Shown here piece after piece: positions 32,822 through 47,800 of a stretch of 64,000 nt of DNA. The stretch is from NCBI GenBank assembly GCA_002633005.1, contig NMRA01000116.1:342474-406473 (forward strand), given 5' to 3'. The notes under the pieces were generated by a model. It had not been told where the DNA came from. It worked only from the letters and a program-made list of their open reading frames with translations, and searched no databases. The number at the start of each line of letters is the position of its first letter. Position 1 is the first letter of the stretch. Origin of the DNA: Phoronis australis (lineage: Eukaryota > Animalia > Phoronida). Made by a program: the position numbers and the translations under genes.

Positions 32822-35800
32822 TCATACTTCCATGAACTTGCTCTCCTTCTTCATCATGAACGGTTCAGACCACATCCTTCGCAAGTCTCCCTGTAATATT
32901 ACCACAGCTCTTTAAGTCACTAACATGTCATTCTTGTGGAGGTTATAGTAGAACACAGGCAAAAATATAACTCAATTAACCTTTTCAACCCTTGCATATA
33001 CAAGCATTCCATCAATGGCTTCCTAGTTAAATATCAAGCACTTTGGAAAAGCAGACTTTTGCTTAGAAAGTCAGGCTTAAAATTCAGGATCAAATTTAGC
33101 ATTTGTTGAAAAATCAAGGTCTTTTCAGGAACATTTCCACAAAATTTAGGAACAAGAGCAACGCAATGCCTTGATATGCACCCACAGCGCACCATAAACA
33201 GTATGTTTCTAGGGGTGCTTATCAGGATCGTGTAAGGTAAAAGGAGACAACAATTTGACCACAACAGATAGCTGAAATAATCACAATGGACAAAAAAGTG
33301 TTTAGGTTGGTACCTCACCTTTCAAAACTAACATCAGAACAAAAATTTTGAAAAATGAACAATTTTCAACATTTGCAACTAACAAAGAAATAAAACCTAC
33401 CACAAAGGGACACGTCACTAGGCATCTAAGAAAAACTAGCCCACTGCGTTTCATAAAAAAGAATTATAAGGTTTGTCAGATACAAAGATAGAACACAAAA
33501 TAACATAACAGATGCGAGGAATCTGCTCAAAACTGGAAGCTGCCATCAGCTAGAAATGGAACGGCTACATGGGGATGCTGCAGGAGTCAAATCTACTTGA
33601 AAATTGACTTAGAATACTAGCGCATTGCCGTTTCATACCTCTGAGTCAAAGTTTCGTCATGTAATCCATAAATCCCATTTTTAGATATCATTCAGAAATG
33701 CTTTTCTTCCCAAAAGCACTAAAAAGAATCATGTAAAAACCAAAATGGACACCAGGTGACGCTGCAGAGTCAACTTGCCCAAATTTGCCATGTGCCAGAG
33801 CATTGCCATCACGTTGAAATCTGTCACTCTTCTCTAAATATCATCCGATAACACTCTTTTCCCAAGATACTGAAAAGCCCCACCCCTGGCCAAGGTGGCA
33901 GGGGCGCACTGAAGGGAGGCATGCACTACCCTAGCGATGTCCTACTACACCCTTGTGCCAAGACAACAAGATAATGCAAAATCAAGACCCACCTTTAAAT
34001 AAGCCATGGTGACAAGTGGCAATAGTGTGAAGGGAACCAGATAGAGGAGAGCGGGCTGGGCAGCACGGAACACTTCTGATGAGACTGTGGCTGTCAACAG
34101 ACCTGGTAACAACACCAACAGGGTTTAGACTCAAGAGATGACGAACCTAAAGCGTTAACACTGGTGTCTCTCAGAAAAATCTTTGTCATATCCACGCACT
34201 ACATCAAACTATTGCGATCAATGTTAGCTAAGCACAAAGTTGTAGAGAAATACACGATGTTAGCTAAAACAGTGGTGGACGATGAAAAACTGGCAGAAAG
34301 TAGCAGGTGAACATAACAACAGTACTTTATGTGGCTTACACACAAAAATAATAATAGCAGCGAGTAGAAATACAACTAACATAGTCACAATAAATTAATT
34401 AAATGTCAATTATGTACTGGATTGTTTGACAGGAATGGCTCACCTAAAAAATAGCCAATCAAAGAGCAGTGAAAGTACGTGACTTTTTGATAGACCGTCG
34501 GAGGTGGCGGTAGACCTGTCTCTAGTGAGTTAACCTGGGTTTTCTTGTAGGAGTCGTAGCGCATAACGAAGCAGAGAAGAAGGCCGGGCATGACAATGTC
34601 ACCGAGGCCGAGCATGGAGAAGTGACCCGCGTTCTGCATACTGCAAAATAGCCAAGACAAAGAGCTTCAAACACAACACATGATTAGAGAATAAGACAGG
34701 AATTAAGACTGAGGTGTTTAAGCAACAACATGCAAATTCTGAGGTCAAATCAATGCAATTCAACTTCATGCTGTTGTGAACTTCAAATTCTTGTGTCAGT
34801 AAGAAACTTAAGAAAAGAAGTTTTGCTGCAAACCAATCAAGTCTTAAAAGTTGTTTACCTTCTGTGCTATGGATTCTTTTCAATTCTTTGGGAGCACACA
34901 ACAAAGGACACATTACAGACAAACAATTATTTTTCACATCGCAGTTTATCTTAACATCTGTTTTGGACAAATTCTTTCTGGTTTAAAAGGATTCCAAATT
35001 GGGTTTTGGCCTGTTAACACATATTAAAAACTACTTTTCCATCCAATTCTCTGATACAAAATAATGCTCTGTAATCTCTGAAAACCCACAAAAGTTCACA
35101 GGAAAATTTGAAACTCCTTTCAAAATCTGCTAAATGGGCAAGCGCGACCTACACTTTCAGCGAATTACACGGCAACTGTGGTGAAAGACGACCCTCCAAG
35201 AACCATAATATCCAATTTGCGACACAGGGAGTATGAGCATTTAGTCGGCTCCTGCTGTCATCGTTTAAGATTGACGCCATTGATGCATTAGCAAGTGACA
35301 GAATAAGGATTGGTTGAAATCAACAAAACAGGGTTCAGCATCCTTTTAAATGAAAATAAAAATACTTAATCAGTGAAACATTGACAAAATTTCATTGGAA
35401 ACTCAGCCCGTTTCACTGCACCATGTGTGTGACAATAGATTTGTACAAGACCCGCTGCAGTTAAGTTTATAAGGAGCAATGGTCTGAGGTCCTTTTTGTA
35501 GAGTAGAGCAATTACCGCATCAACAAGGACTTCACAGCAATAAAGTACTGGCAAAAATAAAAGGCAACAGTCGTAAATAAAAGTGCCCACAATTTGACAA
35601 CCAGTCTGATGCCTGTTATTCATTGGAGAAAACTGGTTCTCAAAATGCGGGCATGTTATATCCAATTATTACCAAATAAATTGATGTATCACAGAGCAAA
35701 TAGGTGCTTTTTTAAATTGTTTGATGTCTGAAATTGAATTCCTCGTGAAACATTTAGTTAAGATCAATTGTTACCTGAACAAATACATGAAAATTAACCA

Positions 35801-38800
35801 AAATAGTTTTGTTAAGTTTTGGTTCTCGGGTAACCATTGAAGTACCTCTTTGAACCGTGGCAAATAATTGGCCTGCGAGTCGTGATGCTGGACAAAAGAC
35901 CGCAGTAACACTTACCAATGGACAAGATGATATCTGGATTTCGCCTCGATTTGATAACCCGTCATCTGGATTTGAAACCAAACACAAGGTTTTCCTAATG
36001 TTCGAAAGTCGAAATGGTATGGCCTTTTAGTGAAAAAGGCACCAGCTACTCACTTTCACCTGAGTTAAGTGGTGTTAGAGCAGACAGTGCAGAGCTAACT
36101 TTAATGCCAAGACAGTGTCTATGACGCAGTAATTAGTCACTTACCTGGGGAACACCAGTTTGCCAGGAAGAGACAACTTTGGTGCATCTCTCATCAGACC
36201 GTTGATATGAAGTTTCTTGGCGAACAAGCCGACAGGGTTGTCAGCTGGCCGTGTGGCCACCTTGACCATCACGTTGGTGCTAAAGATGTAGGACGAGAAG
36301 AACACCTGGAACACGTGAGACGAGCAGCATGGATTACAGGTGAGATGACCAACAAAGAGTACAGGTGAGATGACCAACATGGAGTACAGGTGAGATTACC
36401 AACAAAGAGTACAGGTGACATGAGCAACATGGGAGGGATTACAATAAAAATTAAACATTGTCAATGGAAGAGTTAGCAAACTTGTTTGCATGTCATATGA
36501 ATGCCTCTATGTTTTTCTATAAATACACAGCAGTTTGATTTTAAAGCTGTTCATTAACAATATCTCTAAATGAGATGGCAGTGTGCATCTGTGTAGCCAT
36601 CATCAAGCTCGAACTAAATCGAGAGTCAGACAGCCTTGTTCAATTTTACTACCAAGGCAGTGCTGTGTAATGCATATTGGTGGTGTGAAACCTTGTGTCT
36701 GCATGAAAAAGGATCTATATAAAGCAAACAACAATTGAGCGTTTTTTAATAATCCTTTGGCACAATCATACACCACTGAATTGACATAATATATGTCAGG
36801 TGCATTTCACTACCAATACAAGATCAAGTACTTTTTCTTTATATGGCGTTTCATAACAATGCCAAGCATTGATGTTTTGGGGAGTATTGTTGAGGATGAA
36901 AGGCTGACTTTGATCCAGGACCGGTACTAACACCACAGATTAACTTTGCAATAAACAAATGGACTAAACAACATTGCAATGGTGTATGAGGTACAAAGGT
37001 TAATTTCTGTGTCATTGGATTTACTGGCAGGTATTGCTGTCAGTAACACCTGTTACGTGATTTTTTTTAAATATTCACCAGTCTACCACTGCAAACAATC
37101 CATTTTATTCATTAACCGACCACATACACCATACTTTAAATTTAAAAAAAAGCATGCCTAACATTTTCAGAGCCCTATCTTGCGTTAACTTCAATGACAC
37201 ATGCATCAAACTGTGATAACCTCAGTGCCAGTTAATACTGAACTAACGCTACTCTGGTACCGGAGTTAAGTTGGTATGAAAAGATCTTAGGTCTAGATAT
37301 CTATAAAACAAGCCAATGAGTTTCCAACGTAACAGGTGTGAAAATGGCGCAAATAATGATGAGCGATAGTACAAAAACCTTACCCAGAATACATCATAAA
37401 TGAGTAGACCAACTAACAGCAGTGTAGACACTTTTAAACTGGGAAGACGGACTAAAGCAATGAACGCCACACACAGACCCATGCCAAGTGCTGAAAGATA
37501 TACAGAAATTATATGATACAGCATGAATTAGACGAATCATTTTACTTTCGTTTAAGGTTATGCAGGACCCTAGAAAAATGCCAAATTTATCTTTTTTGTT
37601 GCTAAATTTCACTTACAAGATATGGTCACACGACCCCACCAATGACAGATTGGTATAAAGTCAAAAATAACATGCTATAGTCTTTTTACTTTCAGAAAAT
37701 ATATACGTTACAGCTTTGTACATGTTTGGCTATATAATTATACAGAACTGTGGATAACGTCCTACATAACTTGAGACATGAAACAACTAACAGTAACTGA
37801 CACCGCTTTATTCTCCTCATAAAAACCAATATTGAGACAGAAACACTTTACATAACTTACTTAGATTTTCATCAACAGGAACAAAATGGAAACTTTATAA
37901 CAGAACATAAGAACTAAAATGTCGACATCTTATCCTTTACAATCAATACGTCTCGGCATGAAATTGAAAAAAAAAACCTATCCTGATATTGGAAATTGAA
38001 GATTTTTTAACAATGCACTGCCATTTGAACCACACCTGTACAAAAGAAATTAGTTCTCACACATCATTTAAGAAAAAATATATCATATGAAATATTTCAT
38101 CTGGAAGCAAGTGATCCTTGTTCACCTGCTAATGCACCCAATTATCCCTAAGTACGTAACTTTAAAGGTGAGCAATAAATCCACGCCTTCTCTTAAAAAT
38201 CAACTTTCAAACTGTCTGATAATTTATTATTGATTTAGCTTAGGCTTATTAACTTATTACTCATCATGGCAGGTCAGTTTCGATTACCAAAGGAGGAGGC
38301 CATCTGGGGAATTCAATGCATTTTATTACGCAACCAATTTCAAAAAGGATAAGAATGCCAAGACCTAGATTTGGAAGAGCAAAGATGTTTGTAAAGACAG
38401 TTTTTGACACCTGAACACAGTATATGATTAGTTTAACATATATATATATATATGTATATGTATATGTATATATACGCTAAGCAAGTTTCATTATAATATT
38501 GAGCAGGGCCTTGTGTCAATAGCAGTTATTGCAATGGAGAGCAGACGTTAGTGCAGCACACCATGACTCACCATCCATGAGTAACCAATGACCAGTGAGC
38601 ACCCAGACACAGACGATGGTGAGTGAAAGACAAAATGACATGAGCTCAGCCGCTGTGAACCGACCGCAACAACCAAAGGACATTCTGAAATGATCAACAA
38701 AATAGTACAGTGAACAGCGGAAAAATTCTGCAGCGCATGCTATGGCTTCAGTTGTTGCATTAAAGGAAGCAAAAAATAATTAGTGAAATAACCCTTTTTT

Positions 38801-41800
38801 CATTTTTCAATGTTGCTTATGCAGAGAGACATTCAAGGTATTGTCTAATTGCAGCCATGGCGCAATCCATGTGCAAGGTCAAGCAGTGGGTAATTTGGTG
38901 TGACACACCTTTTATGAAAAACTGAGAAAATAAAAAAAAGAAAATTAAGCTCCCTTCTCTAATTGGTCAGATTTACCGCGGCTAGTCCCAACAACACAAT
39001 TCGCTGAGGGCACCACACCACTGATTAGCATTGACTTCCAGCAAAAATAAGAACCACTAAAGCTGTATAGATACATATAAATTCCAAGTGATCATTTTTG
39101 ACCATATACAAAACAGTTTTAGTTTGTTGTTCATACTCAATACCAACAAATATAAACAAGACTAGATTTGAAATTTTGCACCTGAAAACTTTAATGGAAA
39201 CTTGGTGATACAGTGAAAACAGTAGCAAGTTATTCTTGAGCATTTGATATTGTTTAACAAAAAATTTAATAATATCATGCACTGCAGATAACAAGTTCAC
39301 CGTATGACCTCTTATTCCATGCAATATGTTCAGACATTTCACTGATAAATGTCTGATTATATTTTATAATGGTTTTTATGGAAGCCATACACACCCCTTA
39401 ACAGCCTGAAGCCCCATCTATAATCAGTACATAACAGTCAATCTGACTTTTTTATGACTTCATATAAATATGTGGATACAGGTGGCGTGCTGCTCAGACT
39501 CTTGTGTTTGCGATCTACATGACTTGTAATAATGTTGATCAATGCTTGCTACACACACTCCTGACTTAATTGAATGACGTCACTGACTCCAGTAGGAAAA
39601 TGTCATTGTCTAGAACATTTCAGTTAGAACGTACCAAAACAGAGAACACAGAACGAGACAATATAAAAATACTGAAGAAATTTACAAGGTGCAGTTAACC
39701 CCAAATCTTGAATGTTCAACTCAATGCTGGAGCGGTAAAATTAGAGGTAAGTAGGCGCCCAAAGTCCACCGTATCACCTTGAGCACTGAACTTAACTTAT
39801 AGTGCGTAGGCGCTCTTTGTAATTTACTGGTATTCAAAATGATTGAATGATTGGCCGAGACTTTTAAAACCAATTCAATTTAATATATTTAACCAAGTAC
39901 CAACCAATGATTAGAAAAGAGTGAACTTTTTAGAATAGCCATACTGGGAATTAATATTATTTTAGCTTTAATATTTCATCAATCACTGTTAAAACTCCCA
40001 TCATTGGATGTCTACTGTACAGTACAGCCGAAATCAAGCAAGGGCAATATTCATATGAGGACCTCAATGAATTGATCTACCAAATAGCGCTCTGACCCTC
40101 TACACACAAACACATGACAGGCCAAAACAAACCAGTGATAACCTGACTGGCAGATAACATTTCTATCACAAAATCACACCATAAGATGACAACATTACAA
40201 AGTCCAGTCATAACAAGTCACCTCTGTATAAGGATAACAGGAACCAAAGATATCAGGGACTGGGGTCCAATCTTTGCACTCAGGAATCCAACTCAAAATT
40301 ATTTATGGCAATTTCTGTTCTACCTTTGTACGAACTCAAGTGTCTATTAGTCTGCGTTCAAGTACATTATGGTTAAAACAAGAGTTTTCTAGTCGAAGAT
40401 TGCAATTGATAACTTCAAGATTTGTGCTACAAACCCAAGTAAAAACTCGAAATTTCCAGTTCCAACTCAAACATTTTGTCTTAATGCTAGGGTTATCAAG
40501 AGCGAACCATAATTCGACAGTTACCCATGGAAGCCAACACAACAGTAGCACAGAAAATGCCAAAAATAATTTCCAGTTCAATTTTGAGTAAAAAGATAAG
40601 ACCCTGGACCCAAGATTTCCCTCTGTATTAGGGATGGGTTCTGTCAGTACAACAATGTTTACAAACATACTGTGACAGGCTCCCACAGACAAACTGTTTA
40701 AACTCTCCATCACAGTTGAACTTTGAAATCATGAGGGATCTAATACACATGAAAATTCAAAGTCAATTTTTACCTGTACTGGGTTCCTCATGTGTCTCCT
40801 TTAGAATTATCAATGAATGCACTTTGGTATAGCTTCTAGTAAATGGTAATTGTAATTAGACTGAGGAATAAATTCACAGCACATTGCCACCACTGGGAAA
40901 TTATGGCCCGAGAAAACACATCTGAAGGTTCCCGGTAATCACATTCTACATTTGGCCATCCGTCAATGAAAATCTGTGTAAATATAACGTTTGTTTCACA
41001 GTACATAAAAAACAGTACCAGAGAATAAGTTCCACTCTAAAATAGCTATCTTAACCGCTTATGTATAGCTATAGTTTAAGCATTTTTCAGAGTATCTCCC
41101 AGTTAAAACCATTATGGCTACCTGGCATATGATTCATTCTACGTCTTTCTGCAGGGGAGGTAATTAGCCAACTTATTAATTAAGCTTACGGTATATCCTA
41201 CCATTCATATAAGTGTTGAGTAGTGGTATAGGGAAAAGGATTTTGAGAGATGGGATCAAAACGACAACTTTGCAACTTCAGATCAATTTCATTTTCTTAC
41301 AAAAATGTACAATGAAGAATTTAAGGCTAAGAGGATACAAAAACTTAATTCTAGAAGAAGCAAAAATCCAAAAAATTATTAAATATACCACCCTTAAAAA
41401 CGTTGTTCTCCATTAACGCCTCCTCTGAGGCATTACAAGTATTTTAAATAATTTAAGTGGACACAGCATGACATAAATGAAGGCTGGGGTAATATATTCC
41501 CCACAGAGGACTTAATTGTTTCCTGAATATACAGAGACAATTAGTATTGAGATCCAGACAATGAGGGTAAATCATCACATTCACTGATTACCAGCATGTT
41601 CTAATGACAAGGAAATATGAGGGTCACGGTGAAATCACATTCAACAAAAGGATTTCCTAAAAGGAATTATTTGTTATTGTGTTTAACAGAATTTGCTAAA
41701 TGCACGACACTTCTCATTGTTTACAGTCTTTATTCCGTTGCGTTCATACTTTCGGAACAAAACTCTGCTCTCAACTGAACATAGATACAGTAACTGACCT

Positions 41801-44800
41801 AGCGACATAATTAACTAAAGACACTACCATCAACTACTACTTCATAACATATCTAGGTGAATAGCCCAGGGTCGAGTTAAATAATGCCAGTACTATGATA
41901 AAAAAGCAAAATCTTGTGAGATATAGCAGTGTATTTTCAATGAGAGCTAGATTTTTCTCCTAGAATTTTCTCACAGCAAGTCAACTATTGAACTCTGTCC
42001 AGGTTATCATAACACTGATAGCAAGTATTATGTAATACACCAATAACACCTGAGATATCTGCATGGCTCCAATGATAGTTTGCTGGATGAACCCTTTGTA
42101 CAAACCAAACATGAAAGAGAAACTGTCTGCTTTTGCCAATACTTTTCTCTAAAAACTACAAGATTAGTTTATGCAAGTCACAAGCTTATGTTTTGCATCT
42201 GCTTAGCACACAACAGTGCAAAAAGAGTGTTATGGTTTATTGCATTTCTCAACACAAATGGATACAAGAAAATTAAGAACACTTGCAGCTGAAATTTGGT
42301 AAAATTTTGATAAGACAGCCAATAAATACAAAAGCAACGTAAAGCGAAGACCTCTTATGGCCAGATGGCCCACAGGATTTGCGAAGATGTTCAGCAGATC
42401 AATGAACATTCTAAAGGTTTGGTCAAAGTTTGGATAGCTGAACTCATTAACAAGGACAAAGTCACAGATTTCTATCAAATTCTCAGAACATGAATGCAAC
42501 TATACATTATGTAGCCTTACTGCTTACTGGTGAAATTGGTAAGCAACAGGCGTTGATATTTTTTTAAATAGATGAGGATTAATAGACTTGCTGTCAGTTT
42601 TGCCCTTCTGACCTTTATTCAACCAATAATTACCGAAGTTATAACTGACTAGTAATAATAAATGAGATGTAACCGATTGCAAAAGGTTGGTATTTGATCC
42701 TGCACCGACTCCATGACCTTAGTTCACCAAGGGTGTAAAAAGTTTCATTTTGGCTACTTATGGTGTGGGGAAAATATAAAATAAGCATCGAGTTTGTTTG
42801 AAAAAAAAATAGAAAGTGCCGAAAACATCTCGGGGGCTTGAGGTTGTATTTGGCGAGTTAAGCAACTAAAATTTGAAATCATGTTTGAAAAGTGAAGCTT
42901 GAGCTAAAGCCATCGTCGGCAATCTGAGGTCACATTCGGTATTTGGCTAATCATACAAAGAATTGAATATTTCAGCTGATGCTCAAGTAGACAGACCTTG
43001 GCAGGTAGTTTCAATGACAAGTTAATTCTAATACCCAGTTTCATATTACTGTTTACACTGTAGTTTTAAAGACTTGACAAGTGTCTACAATAAACTAAAG
43101 TCACTTACTTCTGCGTATTTGCACAAGGCCTCAATATATACTGGCACATTGGAAGGAGGAGAAAGGCGAAGGCCACTGTGGCTAATACTACAAAGGAACA
43201 CAAGATAACAACTTTAGTGCATCACAAACATTGGGCACCGCATGGCTAATCGGCCAGTACTGTGGAAATTTACAAAGTCGTAATTTGGCTAACTTTAGAA
43301 CAACATTTATCAAAAACGGCTCATCAGACACATATGAAATTTTCAGATCATATGCACTAGTCTCCAAAATTCTATCTTAATGATCATTTCTTAAAATGTT
43401 TCGCTTATGTATTTGATTCTATGCACAATTTCATCTTTCAGAATGTTTCCAAATGTTGCAAAAAGCAAAAGTTTTTGAGATTTCATCTTATTTTACATAC
43501 TGTCAAAAATGTACCTACCTTAACTCAATAAAATTTTGGTTTTCTAGATATTAGGAAAAAATGCACACACTGTTGACCACTGAAGCATGATGATAAAGGT
43601 AACATACTTAAACCAATTAACAACAATGACTGAGTCAAAATCATGAACTTAAATAGTTTTATGAGGCAATGAATTTTGTGTGTAAAGATAAGCCGGATGA
43701 ATATCTTTGAGACACTAAATTTCCAACATGTCTGAAAATGATCACACAATTTCGAGTTCCAAAATTTTCGAATGTCGAGAAAATCCTGCTTCAAATTGAA
43801 CTTTTCTAAAGTACACAGCCTGATGCAGTTTCAATAACCTCTGCTACAATCTTACCGAGTCTGATGCTTTCACAACTTGTCTAAAATCAGAAAACGCAGA
43901 ACACTTCAAGACATACTTACTTGCTGTACAAAGCGCGAACACCATTTGTAACGAATCGAAGAAGAGAAACATGACGAGAAGCGAGAGTGAAGCACCAATG
44001 GGAAGGAACATAGCCTGACACGTGTCTATTGTCTGGGAGCCTGTAATGATAGAAAGATAACAGAATCGTAGCAATCAGTCTCATCCCAATGTCCTCCCCA
44101 ATTACTTGTTGTAAGATGCATTGTCTAAATTTCAGTCATTATAAGGGAAGGCATCACTCTGTATTTAATTCATTTTTGGTTTAATTCAATTTACAAGTTA
44201 TCCTCCAGATAAATTAAAGTTAATTAAATTTCCCCCAGTTCTAATTAATTATTCATGAGGCATTCATGACCTGGCTATTTCCTTGCCTGGTTTATTTACA
44301 AGCACACTTCGGACTGTGTTCGACATCGGATGCACCATTGCGTGCATCAGCTAGTTACAAGTTAGACCTTTATTTGCCCATCTCTGAGTCTTATTCAGGA
44401 CTGCTAGCAGTTGTTGCATACAGCAACGTGAGCACCATGGCCTCTCAAAGAATGTAGGAGGCCACATTCACAGACTTCAAGAAAATGACAAAATCTGTCA
44501 GATTTGGCTTAATTGTGTAAGGATGCAGTGTCGCCCGTTCACACCACGATTACTACCTGTGCAGCAAACATTTCTTATTGTCGCATTACGAAATGGACAC
44601 GCATGTAGAGATCATAAAGGCGCCCGCTAAACCTGTTCGGAAAGACGCCATACCACTGAGTGAGACTCACAACTGCCCTTTGAGCCACCAATTTTGAGAG
44701 TAATTATTATGGGAGTTTAAGTGCAGGATTTACACTTTACCACTGACTGAAATTCCTCACGACAGTGGAGTTGTGACGCCAGTGCGAAAGCAACATCATA

Positions 44801-47800
44801 ACTTCAGAGGGCATGCCAGTACTGCAATGATTCATCTCCAAACAACAGACTTAACCAAATGGCAGTCAACAGGGCTTTGATATGTGCCTAACGCGTATCG
44901 AAAATTGACAGTTATATACTAAAGGGTGCTCATATTATTAAACATTTCAACTCACTAGAGTCAGCAACACTAGTGAACTCAAACTTGAGTATGCGGTGTA
45001 GTCTTCCCTAAATTGGCAAATCCAGTAACGGAAGATATTGAGATTGTTTCAAAATATGGAATTACAGGACTGTGTAGAACAATCCTACTGATCGATGAAA
45101 GTCATATTTATCTTAATAGACGTTAATTTTGCAAGATGATTAATCATTCATCAAAGGGGTTTGACTGAGAGATATAGAGACGAATATCAGAAGTCATACT
45201 AAACTAATGAAACTGCCACTCAAAGGAAGCACAGCAAAAATTGAACTGTCCAATAATAGCTACGAACTAATTCTCTCCTGGAAAAATTTCCGTTCATTTT
45301 TACGATTTACGGATACTGAAGCAAACGCGAAAAACTGGAAATGCCACTGGCACACAGCAGTAGATGAAGTAGTCCAAAAAATCAACGTCGGCCAGGTTTC
45401 CATCAGTGGAAACATTTTTGAAAAATTACGTAACAATTATACAAATTGTATGATAGAAAGAAAGGTGTATGCTTACAATGCACACCAAAATACTAAAATT
45501 GCGACTTGGCACATGGGAACATGACAGCGCCATGCAAAAATGGGCAGGTGCAGGCTTTATGTTTATAGAAAAGTTTATTTGATCTTAAGAAATCGAACAA
45601 ATAGTGATACAATTACTGTCACAAATCGACAACATTATGTGCATTATATATTTTAAGTCTGTCGAAACACATCCATCAAATTTCATGAAAATCCAAAGGG
45701 GCATGATAGTTACACAGGCAGATGAAAAAAGACAAAAAGGCCACAAGGGGGCACACTCCAGGTAACTCATGCTTTTATTAAGAGGAACACACCAGTCCAA
45801 CCAAATTCCATGATGAACCTTTAAGAACGTGGTAGACACTGAGGCAGGTGTAAAAAATAAAACTACAACTGGAGACACAGCGATAGTTGGATTCATCTGA
45901 AAATCAATGTCTGCCATGCTCTCTCAAATTTCATGGCAATCCTTCACTGAACTTAGTAGATATTGAGGCAGGTGCAAATACATAATAAAACTACCACTAG
46001 GGAGAGTATCAGTAGTCGTATTCACCGGAATATTAATGTCTGACATGCTCCCTTCACTAAAAACATATTTCCCAAATTTCATGACAATCTTTAATTGAAC
46101 TCTGTAGGTCTTCAGGGGTAAAAAAACTAACACCAGGGGGCAGCTCTTTCAAATTCAGTAGGCCCCGACTGCAAAATTTTGAAAAAAGATTCAGTGACTG
46201 ACTTGGTAGACACAGGCAAACGGAAAAACTTACAATTGACACTAGATGTAACAGAAGTAGTCAGATCCATCCAAAAGTTGTCATCCATCCATCGTCATGT
46301 TTATAAGAATACAATTGCCAAATTTCACAAAGATCCAACGAGGTGTTTGGGGGATGCAGTGGGTGACGCTGCACTCAGACGATTACAGTTTCGGCCCACA
46401 TTCATGTATGCAAGTGTATAAAAAGTCAAGCAGTCGAAAATTTCAGAAAGTGAAGCAAACATTGCAGAGTGCTTTAGTTTACAAATATACATTTCCATAG
46501 TGCAAATTGAGCAGTCAACACAGACACTAAATATACTATGCCTCCATGCAGATAACTAGGAATATTGTGGATAACCTGAAGACTGATAAGACGTGTATGG
46601 ATTCCCAGGTTACTAGCCACTACTGGAATATTTAATCTCAGAATATCCCAAGGCTATAGTTAACAAGTCTTTCACAAACTGAATGCAGTCAAAGGATTAT
46701 TAAAGAACTGAATAGAGATATCATGAGCCGAACAGTTAATAACGAGAAGATTATTGGACGAGGGCATGAAATAGAACATGTGCACTTTAACTGGCTTAGA
46801 AAATATGAATTGTCGATTCTTCAGTTTTCATTGGCTAAAATACGACCCATATTTATTGCTGCAAAAATTCACCTTGCCTTGGTTGCTGGTAGACATGCCG
46901 AAGAATTTGCAAATCATTCACACATTCAGCAACCATGTACGACAAACGAAACGAAAACAGCCGCCAGGCAACACGCCAGCTGTGGACTTATCTACCAAGG
47001 TTCACACTTTCCCATATGTCAGATTAAATTCTTTGGGAACATCTAACCCTGTTCCTGTCTTCACAAGTTCTTGATACTTTCCTTGTAGCGCGCGAGAGCA
47101 CGCATTTTTCCTTCTCAAACCTTCGCATATATTTTAAAATCTGTGACGGGGATAATTGGCCTGAGTTAGAGCTTATGCATTCTAAGGATATTTTACAGTT
47201 AACCCTGATTCCATAAATACAGAAGCCATTTCACAAATGTAGTTCATACAATGAACTACAAATTAACTCCGTCCAGTATTAATAAGCCATTTTTTAAACA
47301 AAAATCCGATTGTTGAAAGCTAGACAAACTGTACTTTCCCCTTGACCCCTTCTAACCCCCAAGAAGTGCCCATTACATCACTCTCTTGGAGTTCCTTACC
47401 TTCCTCCTCATTAGGGTACTCTCCCTTGACCCCCTCTACACCCCAAAAAGTGCCCCCNNNNNNNNNNNNNNNNNNNNNNNNNNNNNNNNNNNNNNNNNNN
47501 NNNNNNNNNNNNNNNNNNNNNNNNNNNNNNNNNNNNNNNNNNNNNNNNNNNNNNNNNNNNNNNNNNNNNNNNNNNNNNNNNNNNNNNNNNNNNNNNNNNN
47601 NNNNNNNNNNNNNNNNNNNNNNNNNNNNNNNNNNNNNNNNNNNNNNNNNNNNNNNNNNNNNNNNNNNNNNNNNNNNNNNNNNNNNNNNNNNNNNNNNNNN
47701 NNNNNNNNNNNNNNNNNNNNNNNNNNNNNNNNNNNNNNNNNNNNNNNTGCTCTATATTCAGTGACCTACAATACAGACACATTGACTTCAAGTTACGACT

